Shown here piece by piece: positions 13,891-28,919 of a stretch of DNA of 64,000 nt. The translations under genes and the position numbers were made by a program. Under the pieces are notes generated by a model. That model saw nothing but the letters and a program-made list of their open reading frames with translations, was not told the DNA's origin and ran no database searches. Every line of letters starts with the position of its first letter. Positions within the stretch are counted from its first letter, which is position 1. The DNA is taken from assembly GCF_036321535.1 (NCBI RefSeq), contig NC_087447.1, positions 33,606,001 to 33,670,000 on the forward strand, written 5' to 3'. The stretch comes from Camelus dromedarius. Its lineage: Eukaryota.

Positions 13891-16800
13891 GATGAGTTCT
13901 TTCTTCCTCCAAACACAATTACTTGTCAAGGTCAAACTCTTCCTTCTACTGACCAGGGATGGACTGGTCTCCTTTCTCTGCACTGCTACCTACCACCACT
14001 GACCAGGGGACCTCCTCCTTGCCCCACAGGATAGCGATCTCCCCCCTCCTCCACCCCTGACCCTTGCCCTGAATTACAGGGGGCCTGCTCCCTCCTACCC
14101 CCCCAAACCTGCTTCTCTCCTTCCCCTTAAGTGAGACCCGTCCCTGCACAGACATTACGAGACCCAAAGGCATTGGACATCTCAGGAGAAAATCACCCAC
14201 CGCGGGATGACCCGGGCTGTCCTCCCAGCTGGCGGACAGGGCCGGGGAGAGGAACGCTACATGGGCCAGGCAGGGCCCTGACCGGTCTGACCTCCCCACC
14301 CCACCAAGACAGTAGGGGCAGGGAGACAATGAAGAAATATCCTTTTCACCTCCTGACACGTGGGGCTGGCGGGAGGTGAGGCTGGAAGCAAGGGAGAGAA
14401 GATGATCTCGATCACAGGGCTGGCAGGAAGAAGACCCCAAGACTGGCCCCTGTCTAACTGGCTTAGACGCTGTCCCCATCTGACTGTGGGAGACCGTTCA
14501 GACCTGACCATTTCTGGAGCCCCCTCTATGGACCAGCTCTTTGTAATCCCATTTTGCAGAGGAGGAAACTGAGATTCAGGTTACGCATCTCATTTAAGGT
14601 CTCCCGGCTGGAGCCAAGATCTCACCTTGAAGCTTTCTAACTCCAAAGCTTCTTTCCTTACCTGTAATGCCACTCTTTGGGCCATTGTGATCAGAAATGT
14701 GTGAGATGGCCCAGGAGGAGGGTGAGACAAGTGAACACCCATGATGCACGATTTAAGGAGGCGCTCGCTCTCAGGGGTCAACCCTGCACTTGCAGGAACT
14801 GAGAGTGAGCACCACCTTAAATTGCACACCCCAGGCACTTGCTTGCCCCACCAGGTCCAACCCCTGGTGTGTGGAATGATGCATTCACTCTGTCATGGTG
14901 ACTGCTGTGAAATGAAAGGGCACACAGTTTCCTTTCTAAATCCTGGGGATGCCTCCAATGTGAGTCAGGTGTACACGGAGGTTTTATCACAGATCTGATA
15001 TGTCTTGGGGCTTCGGAATGCACCTGTTTTGGGATGTACTGTCAGAGGAATTAAACTTGAACAGTAATGAATTACACTTGGCAGAACTGACAAAGACTAG
15101 TTGATCTGAGCCTGCTGGCCTGACACCTGGCAGCATCGTCCTCACAACGGGAGCCCGAAACAGGTGGTAAGGCCGGTCCGCCCACCTCCCCCAGCCTGCA
15201 CTAGCTAATTAGGCTAGCTCTGTGCTGTTGCCAGAACTCTCAGGCAGAGCAGCCCCCGAGGTCAGAGGGGCTGCATTTGACCTTCGGGCTGCCCGCTGGC
15301 CACCCCAGCCTCTGGAATTCTAGCTGCTCAAAGGGAGACAGATCTCACAGGAAGCAGCTGGCCACTCCCGTCTCCCAGGGCCCTGAGCAAGAGGAACTGA
15401 GCTGATCTTGCTGCCAGAGAAGGACCTCTCTGTTGCTTTGAAATGACAGTCTCCGTGGAACTTCAATCACAAAGGCACCTGTTGTGAGGAGCTTCAGCCG
15501 TACCTCCAAACAAAGCTCCCTGATTAGTGTCTGCACAACCCGGGACAGGACAATAAACTGGGGTGCATTATTTCTGGTGGCCTTCCTCATTTAAAAAAAA
15601 TTAATCATTGATTCCTCGTTGGAAACCTTTCTCAATGAAGCAGAAAGATAAGTTAGCAGACCTCAAAGAAAAGCTTAACTTGCTCAGGGCTACACAAAGA
15701 AGCTCCATTCCAGAGAGCCCATAAAATCTAGCACCAAGGGTTAAATTCTAAAGCAGTGCCAAGAACCAATTCTAATGCCATCCCCCCAAATTCACAGACT
15801 AAGAAAGCGAAGAGGGATCTTAGAAAATATTTATTTTAACCTTTGAATTCATAGGTGCGGAATATGAGGCCCAGGTGCATCCTGGGACTTGCCCAGCCGG
15901 CAATGACAGCTGAGGACAGTAGGTGGGGTAGGAGGTCCTGATTCACAGAAGGGGGAGTTTTTACTCCCCACAAGATGCAAATGAGGACTCCAGAATTCTG
16001 CATTTCCATCTATTCCTAACAGCCCCTCCTCGTGAGAGGATGTCACGCAGTAGAGAGAGTCTAGGCTTTAAAGGGAGACAGACCTGGATTCAATCCCACA
16101 GCTGCCACTTAAAATCTGTGTAACTTCAGGCAGTTGACTCTACCTTGATGTGCCTCAGTTTCTCTAGCTATAAAACAGGATGAAATGCACTTTCCCAGCA
16201 GGCTGTTGGGCAAATTGAAGGCACTAATGCAGGCAAAGCAGTCAGCCCAGTGCCTGGCCCACGGGAGGTTCCACAAAGTTCCCTTTCTCTTCCCATTTCC
16301 CCACCAGAACCACCGCTTTCACTGAGATGTCAGCCTGGCACCACCCCCACTTAATACATCAGTCAGTCATTATCACAAAAAGGAAATGAGCTAATGTTAA
16401 TTCAGAACTGACAAGATGCGAGGGATCGCATATGCATTCTGCCATTTCGTCTTATGACAGACCTGCAGGGTAGCTACCGTTATCCTTTTTTTCACAGATG
16501 AGGACACCGAGGTTCCAATGGTTAAACAACTTGTCAGAGTAACACCATGGGAAAGTGATGAAGATGGCATTTGAACTCAGATGGGTCTGACTCAAGCCAC
16601 CAGGCCATGCTTCCTCATGGCACCAATGGGGCTGCTGTTCTCCCCTCCTCACCTCTCACCTCTTCTCCTGCCAGTCATACATTCTAGCCTATCCCACTTT
16701 GATTATGGCTGACCTTGTCCTGTCTCCATCTCAAGCTATAAGTGATGGTCCTGCCAGTTCGAGTTTGGCTGAGCAAATACTTGGTCACTCTTGCTAAGTA

Positions 16801-17193
16801 ATTGCCTGGCTGGTCCTTTACTCCCACTCCAAGCTGAGTTCTAAGTCATGGAAGATGAAGAAGGTCCAGGAAATCTCAAGACTCATGGGTGTTACTGTAA
16901 GGGTCACATTAACATTTCCCTAGAAAAACAACCCATCCAGTCTCATAACACTCATTCAGAGCCAGTGGGGTCCGCAGGGGTCACGCAACCCTGGCTCCCA
17001 TTTTACAGAGGGGGAGACTGATGTCAGAGAGGAAAAGGGCCCCCAGCTCCCCCAGCAAGTGTTTGGCAGAACAATGTTAGAGCTGGAGGGTCCTAGACAT
17101 CACCCAGTCCAACTGCCTTCACTTTTAGAAACAAGAAAACCGAGGGCTCTTGAAATAGTTAAGATAAAAAAAGTCTGCTTTCCATTTACAGGC

Positions 17194-17326
17194 AAAAAAT
17201 AAATAAAATAAAATAAAAGAAAAGAAAAGAAAAGAAAAGAAAAGAAAAGAAAAGAAAAGAAAAGAAAAGAAAAGAAATAAATAAAATAAAATAAAATAAA
17301 ATAAAATAAAATAAAATAAAATAAAA
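17194..17326. repeat. Compound pentanucleotide microsatellite (AAAAT)n(AAAAG)n(AAAAT)n, intron 7
   Basis: Directly visible. Confidence 0.97.
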
Positions 17327-18479
17327 CTAAGAGCAAATTGGAAGCTCAGCCAAGTTTCACGGCCCACGTGGAGATTTCCCTACTTAGAAAACATCACTGG
17401 CAGGCCTGGGGGCTAGAACCCAGTCTCCTCACCCCCTGTCTGGCTCTCTCTCCGCACCTGCTGTGATTTAAGTGTGTCACCTGGCTCAGGTGACCCTGAC
17501 CAACCTGCTAGAATCCACCATGCAAGTCCCTGTGGGTCCAGACTACTTGGAGGGCCCCTGAAAGAGTCGTTATCAAAAGCCCTTGCGAGCACGTTACGTG
17601 CTCGGGGAGGAGAAAGACTGCTCTCCGGGGCTGATGGCTGCCGGGTCTGGGTGCCTGGTGGGGGCGGGAGGCAGGCCGGGGAGGTGAGACAGACCCTCGC
17701 CCCCTTAAGGCCTGATCCTTCCGGTTGTTTGTACCTGTGACCACAGGTAAGTCCTGGCCTGGGCAACTGACCCGAGTCAAACTCCACAACCTGTGGTCTC
17801 AGAGTCCACCATCCCATTCTCATTCCTTGAGCCTTCAAGACATTTTACTTTTTATTCTGAAACGTGCAAATGACTCTTAGGATGATTAAATACTATTGGT
17901 TACCATCCAAGTGATTGGTCCACTGTTTAATGGGGGTTTTCTAAAGCAGCAGGAAGTCGAGGGAACACACCGTGACCCTCACCACAAGGTGCAGTGTGTC
18001 CTGAGGCCTCCTTGCCTTCCACGCCTCGGAACTGAGCTCGGGGCGGGAGTTTCACCATCTCCGAAGGGCCAGCCAAGCCACTGCCCAGCAAGAGGGGCCG
18101 AGCATCTGCTCGACCCAAAGCCCACTGGAGGACTATCACCCTTTAGTGCTGGAGGGCATGGAGGGTGGAGAGGGTTGGGCTCGGAGTTCGAAAAAGGGCT
18201 GGAAAGGCAGAAAACAGGGTAGCTGGGAGTAAGAAGAAGGAATCCACATCCGAATTTTGATCTGTTCCCAGCTTCTTGGGAGGAGCGATGACTGAGCTGG
18301 CAGCCAGACCAAGAAGCAAAAAGCCAGCAGCACCAGTTCTAGAGCTAGGAGAGAGACTGAATCGTATCAGGGAGCCCCGCCTGCTGAACGAAGGGGCCCC
18401 AACTGGAAAGGAAGGAAACTCACCTCAGGGCCCCCACCATCCGTCAGAAGCCCTGAGAACATCTCCCATTTAATCCTTA

Positions 18480-18839
<360 letters not shown>

Positions 18840-21518
18840 TCAGGAGGAGGAGGAGGAGCTAACAGCCTGCAGGCTTTATCTTCCAGCAGAGCCAGGAACC
18901 TTGAACAAAACCCCAGCATCCTCCACCCTCCCCATCAGGGAGCTGATCAGATCAGGTTGTGAGGGATTTGCTGATCTGGGCTCCTGCCCACCCCTGTTTG
19001 CAGTGAGACCAACTGAATTTCCCTTGCTTTTAATTATGTGCTGGGAGACCACTTGTGGCCTTGGGCAGGCTCTGACCCAGACTGCCAGCTCCACAGCCAC
19101 CTGGAGCTGCCCCAGGAGCCAGGCAAGAAACCCAACAGTGTCGGGGGTCCTGGTGCAGCCCCCACAATGGGCATCACGAGATTGATGTCTTTATACACCA
19201 CTAACAGAAACTCTCAACTGTCCAGGGCGATTTGTGTGTGTTTTCTGTATTGTTCTACTCTTTTATGAGAATGTATTCCAATCGTATTTGTACAGCTTTA
19301 AATTTAAAACAGCAGTACAATTGGTAAATGGCTAAAAACGCTGCTGTGCATTCTAGTTCAAGTTGTGATGCGCGTGTTCCAGGGCTGAGGTTGGTTAAAA
19401 TGTAAAAGAGGGGCTGGCTGAGCCTTACTCAAGGGGTTATATTCTAAAGCAGACCACCCGCTGCAGACAGGGGCTGGCATTCATCTGGAGTTGGCCCCGG
19501 TGTGTGTGCTGCAGTCCCGGCCTGCCTGGCGACCCCCACATCCCTGGCCAGGGAGGGGCGGGCAGGCAGCCTCATTCCTGGGGACAGGAGGCAGCTGCAG
19601 GGACTGTGAGTCAGGACAACAGACTGGACAATCTGTCAACTGTGCAACAATCAAGTCACGCAGCCTGGATGAAAGGATGTCTTTGTGTGACTGGAACCAA
19701 GGGCCAGCCAGAATCCAGACTCTGCAGGACTGCAGAAGTGATGGCCAAGTGTCCTGACCTGCTGAGGGAGGCGAAGGAGGCAGCACCCCTCCTGGTCTAG
19801 CTGGCAACGTGCCCTCCGGCCAGCTAGCGAGCAGCTGTGAGAGGCCATTTTGCAGCGCACAAGAACAGAGGTGGCCCCACTCTGTAGGAACAGAGCCCCT
19901 TTCAGTCTGAACCTCAGGGGCACCCTGGGCTCAAGAGGTGAGCAGAAGTGACCAGGGGTGGAACTGGCCTGGGATCCCAAATCTTAGGGACCATCATTCC
20001 CAAGCAATGAAGAGCCTCCACCCATGTCCCCACCCCACCACGGGCAAACCGTCTGGTCCCCAATTCCACGGCACCTCGGCCACGTCAACTACTCGGTGAT
20101 CCAGTGAGAGACCTCAGACGGGCCCCAAGACGCTCCTGATAACACCCCCTCTTGGAAACTGAGATTGGTCCCAGAGGGTTAGTAAAGCCACCAAAGGCAG
20201 ATTTGCCAGTCGCTTTACAGTCCACCTGACACGTGGATTCCATGCTCAGATTTCCTCCACCAGCAGGTCAGACTCCTTTCTCAGTGCTCAGGGTGAATCG
20301 AGGCCCACCCTCACTGTTCCTATGTCTTCTTCAAAGGGGATCATCTCGTCATTCAGCCTAACTCCCCCTTTTGTTCTACAGCAAACAACCGTATACCCTC
20401 TGAGTCCATGGAGGGGAGAAAATTTGGAAGAGGAACTAACGGCACTTGGGAGAACTAGTGGGGAGAGTAGTAACACTGCCTGTTATCTCAGTGAAGGCCA
20501 CAAATGAAGGGTGTATGGATAAATGCATTTTATTTGACCCCAGTGTTTCATCTGAATTAGTTTGCTAACATTTAAAGTGGGAGAGACACCCCAAAATTCA
20601 TACCTTATTTCCAACTTTTCTTATAAAATGGAAGCTCTGGTAGCACCGGCCCACGCTCCCACAAAACAGGGACTGGTTGGAGCTGAGCACTGGCACCTCC
20701 CCTACATGGGTCAGACATCCCCTCCAGTTTGCCACAGTCCCCACCATTCTCTATCGTTTACCTCCCTGCCAAGCCCCTGAGCCCATTTGAGTTTACAGCC
20801 CCCAACCTAAGGCTTAACTAGAGAACGTTCTTTCTTTACCCTCTGTTGAAGTCTGTCTACATTTACTTCCCTTACTAAATAATACCATGAATATTTTTTC
20901 TTTTTTTGTTTGTTTGTTTCTTTTTTTCTTCCTTTTGTTTTTTTTTTCTTTTTTTGCTCCATGAATGTTATTGATCTTCCCATGGTTGCTGAGGATTTCC
21001 TAGTATCCCTGAACCTCACTCCTCAATGCCTAGCAAAATGGATGTAGAAAATACAAAACTAAGACACAACTGTTTTAAAAGAGAAAGAGAGAAAGAAAGA
21101 ATTATTTCTTTAAACTACATCATTGACTATGACTTGTTTTCTTACTTTTTGCCTCTCTTCCCTTCACAAATGCAGACCAAAAAAAAAAAAACCTAGTTAA
21201 CGAAGGTCTACTTAGATCAGAGTGGATGAAGGTTTTGCAATGCTTTTGTCGTCAACATCATGAATTAGAGCAGCAAGCACCAATTCTGTCCCCACCAGCA
21301 ATCAGCCACCTCTCCTCTCTGGGACCAAAGGACACAGCAGTCTGCTCTCAGAAGCCAAACCAGAGGAAAAAAAAATCTTTCTCCCTGATCACTTGAGCAG
21401 GTAGGGAGTGTGCAGAGGGAGGCCACCCATCCCTCGGGCCACCCATACCTCTAGTCTACAAACTGGATAGACACTAATTCACTGGGTTTCTCTTAGAAAG
21501 TTAAAAAAAAAAATCTTA

Positions 21519-21665
<147 letters not shown>

Positions 21666-22593
21666 TTAGAAGAGGACGGAATGAAAACACAGCGAAATCT
21701 GTACAGAAAACAGACACCTGTATCTTTCTAGCAACTGAAAAACAAAAGCCAAAAACATTTGCCAAATATTGAAGAGTAACTTTGGAAAGGCATTAATGGC
21801 GCAAACCTTGATGCAAATGAACTTCAGAATTGTATGTTATTCATCCCAGAGCCCCCAGTATCCCCAGCAATGCCCAGTAATGAGGGAGCATCTCTACATG
21901 GCAAGCACTTGTTTTTCTTTTTTTCACTTTTTTTTTTTTTTTTTTTGTCCATAGTGTCCATAGTGCTGAGGGTGAGAAACCTGACCCAGGCTGGGATGGG
22001 GACAGGGAACCGACCAGGTGAGTCTTCGTGTGTCAGGCACCATGCTGGACACTTTATCCATTATTAAGTCTGATAAAACCTGCGAGGTGCCTCATTTTAA
22101 ATGAGGCAGAAACTGAAGTCCTTCTGACCATATTACAATGTCTCTCTGACAGCCTGACAGACACTTTCGATAAAGAGCCCACCAGGATTAATGCCAAAGG
22201 ATATTATCTTATAAAGGAATGAGAAGTAACAATAACAACAATAACTAACACTCACTAGTCACTTACCCTGTGCTGTTTTAAGTGCTTTAATGCATGAACC
22301 AATTTGAGCCTCACATCACCTCCGTGAGGCAGGCATTGTTATTATCTCTGTATTACAGATAAAGAAACCAGGCACAGAGAAGTGTGGTTTGCTTGCCAAG
22401 GTCACACAGCAGAACCAGGAAGCGAACAGTCCCTCTCTCTTTGATGACCATGCTTTGAACCACTCTACTGGGAAGCAGAGAGCAGGGAACATAAACTCAG
22501 ATACCTTCAGAAGCCAGGCTAGTGACACAAATAAGAAAGGTATAAAGTGGAAGGTAAAAAGGAGTGGTGAGGACTGTGGCAAAACAGAGCATA

Positions 22594-22784
22594 CAGTACG
22601 CCCTCTGTATCCACGTGTTTTATATTTGAGGATTCACCAACTGCAGATTGAAATTTCAGTGGTGCTTGGCTGAATACTGTTTTCATTGAACTATGCCATT
22701 TTATATAAGGGACTTCAGCATCCAAAGATTTTGGTATCCACAGGGGCCCCTGGAACCAATCCTGTGCATACTGAGGGACAACTG
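22594..22784. mobile_element. MER2-like Tigger MITE
   Basis: TA|CAGTACGCCCTCTGTATCC ... ATACTGAGGGACAACTG|TA; TIRs with TA target duplication. Confidence 0.75.
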
Positions 22785-23379
22785 TACCAGCCAATCAGTG
22801 TCATGCTTTTCCAGGTGTTTTGATAAAAAGATGCAGAAGATCCGGATATTTGGATGAAATGTCTCCATTTTAAAATCTTGGAAGTAAGGCCAAATTGTCT
22901 TTAAATACAGTGGACCAAAAAAAAAAAAATTAAAAAGTAGATGCAGCCTAGATCTGGTGCATGGACTCCCAATTTATGCCCTCTGGAACAGTAAAGCGGG
23001 TAAGACTATGTATGGGTTCAGGAATTCTAGCCCTGAGAGCTTAGACAAACTCCTTTATCTGTCCAAGCCTCATAATAGTGTATCTAGTTTGAAGGCTGTT
23101 GCAAGAATCAAATTAAGTGAGATTGTGAATGAAAAAATTTCATGCAATACCTAGCACACAGTTGGACTCAATAAAATTTAGCCATAACACAACCATCATT
23201 ATTATACCTTTTCATGGGGTGAGCATCTCTAGTCCCCAACATCGTCTCTCATCCCACCTGCCAGCCATAAATTATCTCCTGCCTCCCACACATCCCCCCC
23301 CCAGGATATCTCAGGATACTGGATAAAATTTAAAACTGTGCTTATAAGAATTCCTTCCCTCTGACTAGTTCTTCAGACC

Positions 23380-23580
23380 TGAGTTTTTCTGAGCGGCAGT
23401 ACTACTGACATTTGGGACCAGAAAATTCTCTGTGGTAGGGGTCGGGGGGCTGTCCTGTGCATTGCAGGGTATTAGCAGCATCTCTGGTCTCTGTGTACTA
23501 GATGCCAGGAGCATCTACCCCCCCCCCCACTGTGACAACCCAAACATTGCCAAATGTCTCCAGGTTTCAAGAACCACCGT
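23380..23580 (-). mobile_element. MER20 DNA transposon fossil
   Basis: Reverse complement of the same motifs (TTAGCAGCATCTCTGG, ACATTGCCAAATGTC). Confidence 0.75.
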
Positions 23581-25349
23581 TTTTAGAGTCCTCAAAATAC
23601 CTTGTTACTCAGCATTATATTCTTTAATCAAATAACAAAGAGTTTCAGGGGGATTCTGACCCAATAACTATCAGCTGTTTACTGAGGAAGCATTTGCTTC
23701 CCCCAGCAGCGACCTGAATGAAGACAAAGCACCATCCATCTCCCTCTTCTGTATGTAAAGCACAGAAGTTATTTCTCGCCCTCCTGCCAAAAAGTACGTC
23801 CACCCCCTAAGATGGACGAGATCGCAAACAATGCGGGCAAACGATAAATCGCTTGCTTCCAAAACTGCCACTGAGAAGCACGCGAGCAGCATCCCTAGAA
23901 AGCCTCTCTGGATCACTGCTCGCTCGCTGCTGCAGTGCAAGGTTACAGCGTTCCTGCATTCCTGCGGCACTGCAGCTCGGCTCCCTGCAGCCTCGAGCCT
24001 CCCGCAATATCCCTTCCTGCCACTGGGCGGCAGAAGCGTGCTTCCCAGCGCACTGCGCCTCCAGGTCTGCCAGCAAAGGAAATAATGGGCCAAGACCATC
24101 AGTGAGCTCCGGCCCAGCAACCCTGAACAAAGAACGGAGATAAGGATCGTGCTGAATTGGAAGCTGTTCGAATGGGATTCTCTTTACGAGGGCAATGATT
24201 AATAAATGAAAGCCCAGGAAAGGCTAGGGAGAAAAGGAACCATTTAATTAAAGTTCTAATGAAAATTAAGCCATTCCAGAAATAGAAATGGTATTTATAT
24301 TGTTCCCATTTGAAATGACCCAACTAGCTCCTAATTTCACAGAACAGTCCCTGGTCTCACTCGGCAGGGCATGGATTAGCCCTTAGACATTATAGATACC
24401 TGGGCGGCTGAGTGCCCCCAAGACAGACCACCTCTCTTACAACCTACACCTTAGAAATGTGTGGCAAACTCAGCCTCTACCGATGGACTGTGCCAGGGCT
24501 GTTGCCCGGGGCTGGGGCAGGTACAGGGTCCTGGCATCCCCGGCAGTAGGTGAGGCAGGGCTCCCTGGCAGTATGTCCCCAGCAGAGCCGCGGGGTGACG
24601 GGATAAACCCCTCTATGAGTGAAGGTCATCATGGTAGGCAATCTACCCCACTCTCCTGGGACCCGCTGTCCTCTGTAATAGCGTAGGGTGGTTATCGGGT
24701 TGTGAGGACAAAGGTGAGCCTGGAAGGTCATTTGTGGAACACTGCACCAGGGAGGGAGTTTTCCGTCTTAAATAATCCTGTCTCAGAATGGCCACGTGGG
24801 AGTCAGCCTGAGACCCTGCTGTCCGGACACCTGTCTTGTCCGGTAGAGCAGTGGGCCACAAAGTTGCCTGTGTCTCTGAGCCAGGCCAGCGCCCCCTTTT
24901 CTAAGTCATCCCAGGGCCCCAAGGATCAACACTTCCGCAAGGGGTCGCCTGGCCCCAGGAACGGGACACCGTCATGCGTGGATGACCCCGTGAGGAACAG
25001 GTGCAGGGGTGAACCAAGAAAGGGGGGGTCGACACTCCCAATTTTAACAAACAGACCAAAAAAATTAAAGCACTACCTAAGAATGAGAGAAGGTCTGCAC
25101 GGCCTGTCCGTATGATTCCAGGGACTAATCAGAGTGAACAATGTCCATTGTCTCTCTCTGCTCAGAGCTTGCATTGTTTTTATGGCTTGTACCAGTGGAC
25201 AACAATGTGCTTAGCTATATAATGTCTTCACTCTGCCTTTTGTGTTCCCTGGGATAGTGTGAACCAGACTAAAAATTCCACAAAACCAGGGACACCCCGA
25301 CCCACATGCCTGGCCCAGCCACTGTGCTCAACTTGCTGTAAAATAAATA

Positions 25350-25840
25350 AATAAATAAAATGCATACCATAGATACATATGTATACACGTACACGTATAC
25401 ATACATATACAAACATAGTCTCCAACTATAAAATAAACACACATCCCTGATAGAAAATGTAGGGAAAAAAATGGCCCAAATCTACCAGTTAACTTTCAGG
25501 GTATCACCTTTCTGTATGTTTTCTAGCCAGCATATATTGTTAGTAAAAATGAAATTATACTACAAATCTGCATCCTGCTTTTACATTTAACACAACATGC
25601 TGACAATTTCCCTACATCTTAAGAATATTGATTTTTAATGACCATACAATACCTCATCCTATGGACGCACCATAATTTATTTGAACCATGGAATTACTGA
25701 ATTTTTGTTACATGTCTTAGTTTGTCTAGCGTTTTCCTAGATTGCAAATGTGGCTGCCATGAACAATCTCATATAGTCCTTACCTCTGTCTTGAATTTTC
25801 CTCTTAAGATGGATCCCCAGAAGTGGAATTACTAAGTCAA
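25350..25840 (-). mobile_element. Old L1ME-like fragment
   Basis: AT-rich, with CCATAATTTATTT and CCCAGAAGTGGAATTACT motifs. Confidence 0.6.
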
Positions 25841-26674
25841 ACTACTGTTCAAATAAGCTTTCCTTTCACCCCCTAGAATCATGGCTACAAACAGCAGTAG
25901 GGGACACCTGGACAGATGTCATTCTGCCAGAACTGATAGGGTAGAACCTTCGAGAACGCTGGATGAGCAGAGAATTTGGTTATGAGACCCGAATCCCTGT
26001 GCTGGCTCTACCCTGAGAGTCACGTCCTGATACCTCCACCCTCTAAGCCTTCGAGTGTAGGCCTTAGACCTGCGAAATAATGATCATGTCCCCTGCCCTT
26101 CAGCACACATAGGGCTCTTAATAGGAACAGTGGAGACATCATTCAGGTAGCTGCTTTGTAGACTGGGAAGCATTTATCATGGTGGTTCGGACCATGGCCT
26201 TGGGAGGCAGGCAACCTAGGATCAAATCCCAGGTCTACCACAGAGCTCAGGACCCACATGGTCCCTGAGGGAAGTGCCCCGGGAAACTTCCTGGGAGGCT
26301 GAATCAAGGCAACAGCCCTCCTCCAGCAGGCACGCCCTTGGAAAGTGACTCCCCTCCCAGACATGGTCTGGAAAAGAGAGGCAGGGCACGGGGGTGACCT
26401 TGAGGTTTTTCTCCATTCCAGACCCCACATCCTGGAAAATGCACTTTGCCAACATGGCCACCATTTGGGGGAATCCATTCTGGTAGCAGGCGGTTGGTTG
26501 TCTGTGAACAGCTGACTTTCCGAGGGGGATTCTCTCGGACAGCAGCTTTGCAGAGGCGACCCTGAGCTGCTAGGGACTGCAGGGCAAAGAAGGTGGGCAC
26601 TCCACTCCAAAAATCGGTAAGGGCAGCCTAATTAAGGGATGTGGGCAAACTCCTACCTTGTCGTCCTTACCCCC

Positions 26675-26830
26675 GGGCGCACCTGGGAAATTGTAAAATG
26701 ACAGATTCCCGGGTTCCAATCCCAGATAGTCCAATTTAATTGGTCTGGGGTGGACCTTAAGTGAGGTCTTGATTTGCTAGTTCTGCCAGTTCTAATGGGT
26801 AGCAGCTTGCGCCGGGAGCCACTGCTCTAC
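26675..26830. mobile_element. MER5A-like fossil
   Basis: CACCTGGG...CAGATTCCCGGG...GGTCTGGGGTGG...GAGCCACTGCTCTA. Confidence 0.6.
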
Positions 26831-28199
26831 GTCAAGACTCCATCAGCATGGAGAGCATAAAGAGTGACCATCTTTATGAGGGCACTGAGGCCCAGAGTCT
26901 AGGAACACTTACACTTGGTCATTCTACTAGTGGGCCACACACCTGGGAACCCCTCAAATCTCCATCCCCCCATTCCTGAGCACTTCAGGGGCACTGTGTT
27001 TGAATTTGATGGGCACAGAGCTCTAGCTTTAGCTCCCCTGCAGTCTCATTCAAAGCCTCGCCAGGTGGAAGCTGGATGTGGTGTGTACGTACATGCACAT
27101 GTGTGTAAAAATACACCAGTGTGAATTACTGCCTTCCAGAATGTGCATCTCTCTGGGGGGGGGGGCGGTGGCAGGAAAGGATCATCTTTCTCTCCTACAC
27201 AGTCAAAGCCTTATGTACTAGTTCTGTAGTGTGCAGGCTGTCAGGGCAAAAGAGCTGGTTTGGGAGAACAACACACTAAGAATCAATCAGAGAGAGATCA
27301 CAGGATTCTGACTTCAGCCAGATACGGCTTAAGGGGAATAAAGATCTGCCAGGGGAAGAAGAAACTACATGCTTACTGGTGCCCATGAAAGGCAACTGAC
27401 GCTAGCACCTTCTCTCTGTATACTTTCCCAACTACTATCACATCTTCCAGTTCTTTTCTCCTTCCAGCAACCCTGTGAGGTAAGTAGGATGAAGAAGATT
27501 GTTATTATTTCTGCTTTTCAAATGAGGAAAACTGAGATCCAGAGAAGAGAAGTCACCTGACCCAAACAAACACACCTCCTATCAGGGGCAAAAACCTCTT
27601 ACAGATCAGAAGCCTTGCCAGCCACACCCCCGTGCTCCTCCTCCCCATCACTTTCCTGCCTTTGACCCAGCAAACTGACAGGTCCCCCAAGTCCTCAAGT
27701 CCCAGTGGATTTCAGGTCAGAACGATCATCCTCCAGGAAGACCCTCTGCCTCCCCAGGCAGCCTTGCTCTCTCCAAGGTACTGCATTATGGACATTTTGG
27801 GTCCTCAGCCTAAGTGTCTGTTCTTGTATTTATCCCATGCACTGGACAGCATTTTGTCAAATGTGGACCCGGGAACTGATGTATCCCTCTCCTAGACTCT
27901 ATACCTCATTGCTTTACAAACTATACCATGCAAATGAGTCACCTGAGGACCTCACTACAATGCAGATTTCCCAACCGCACCCAAATCAAGTAAATCAGAC
28001 TATCTGGTGGGCTTGTAATTTTACATTTTAACAAATATCCAGCTATTCATGAGCAAACAAAAATTTGATTACCCCTCCTTTAGGTCATGAGCTCCTTAAA
28101 TATTGGAAAGAACTATATTTGATGTTGGTTTTAATCTCTGTGCCCCCAGCACCTAGCACAGGACCTGACGAACATAATATGTGCTCAGTTAATCTCTAC

Positions 28200-28237
28200 T
28201 GAATGAATGAATGAATGAATGAATGAATGAAATGAAT
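28200..28237. repeat. (GAAT)n, probably an L2 tail, just past the exon 5 donor
   Basis: Directly visible; preceded by L2-like CCCCAGCACCTAGCACAG. Confidence 0.85.
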
Positions 28238-28243
28238 AGTTCA

Positions 28244-28468
<225 letters not shown>

Positions 28469-28787
28469 TCACTCCACCCAAATCGCATTCTGTGGTATTC
28501 TTACAGTTGGGTACAGGGTGGGGACCTAGGTCTTGGCGCTTTCTTACAGATGGATATGCTAATCGTGGAGTGGACTCTGTGTCTACACTGAGGCATTCTG
28601 TCAGGAACAGAATCATGCCAGAGGCGAGCTTGGGCCATTCTTCAGGGGGCCCCAGAGGTGGAATGGATCAAATAAAGAAGGAGGGAGTGGGTTCTCCAGA
28701 TCACAAAACAGATCTCCCTCTCTGGGACCACGTGGTGCCAGAGAGGGCAGGGGAGGGCTGAGGAAACAGGGAGGAAGGGGGACTCAC

Positions 28788-28919
28788 CTTGTAGGGCTGG
28801 GATGGCCTTCCACACGGACACCGGCCCCTGGCTGGCAAACTGGCCCAGGGACACCTCGAGGAAGAAGATGGGCAGCCCCGCCAGAGCCAGCATCATCAGG
28901 TAGGGGATGAGGAAAGCAC
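28788..28919 (-). CDS. SLC6A5: SLC6A5 exon 4 (132 nt), TM2
   Basis: ccaag|GTGCT...CAAG|gtgagt; [44 protein letters not shown]. Confidence 0.98.

Noticed and set aside
17100..17367. Hydrophobic membrane-like ORFs (also the HT/CV repeats at 33.2-33.4 kb)
   Set aside because: Translations of microsatellites.
21954..21969. Second RE1-like site GTGTCCATAGTGCTGA
   Set aside because: One mismatch in each half-site, and it arises within a short TGTCCATAG tandem duplication; too weak without ChIP data.
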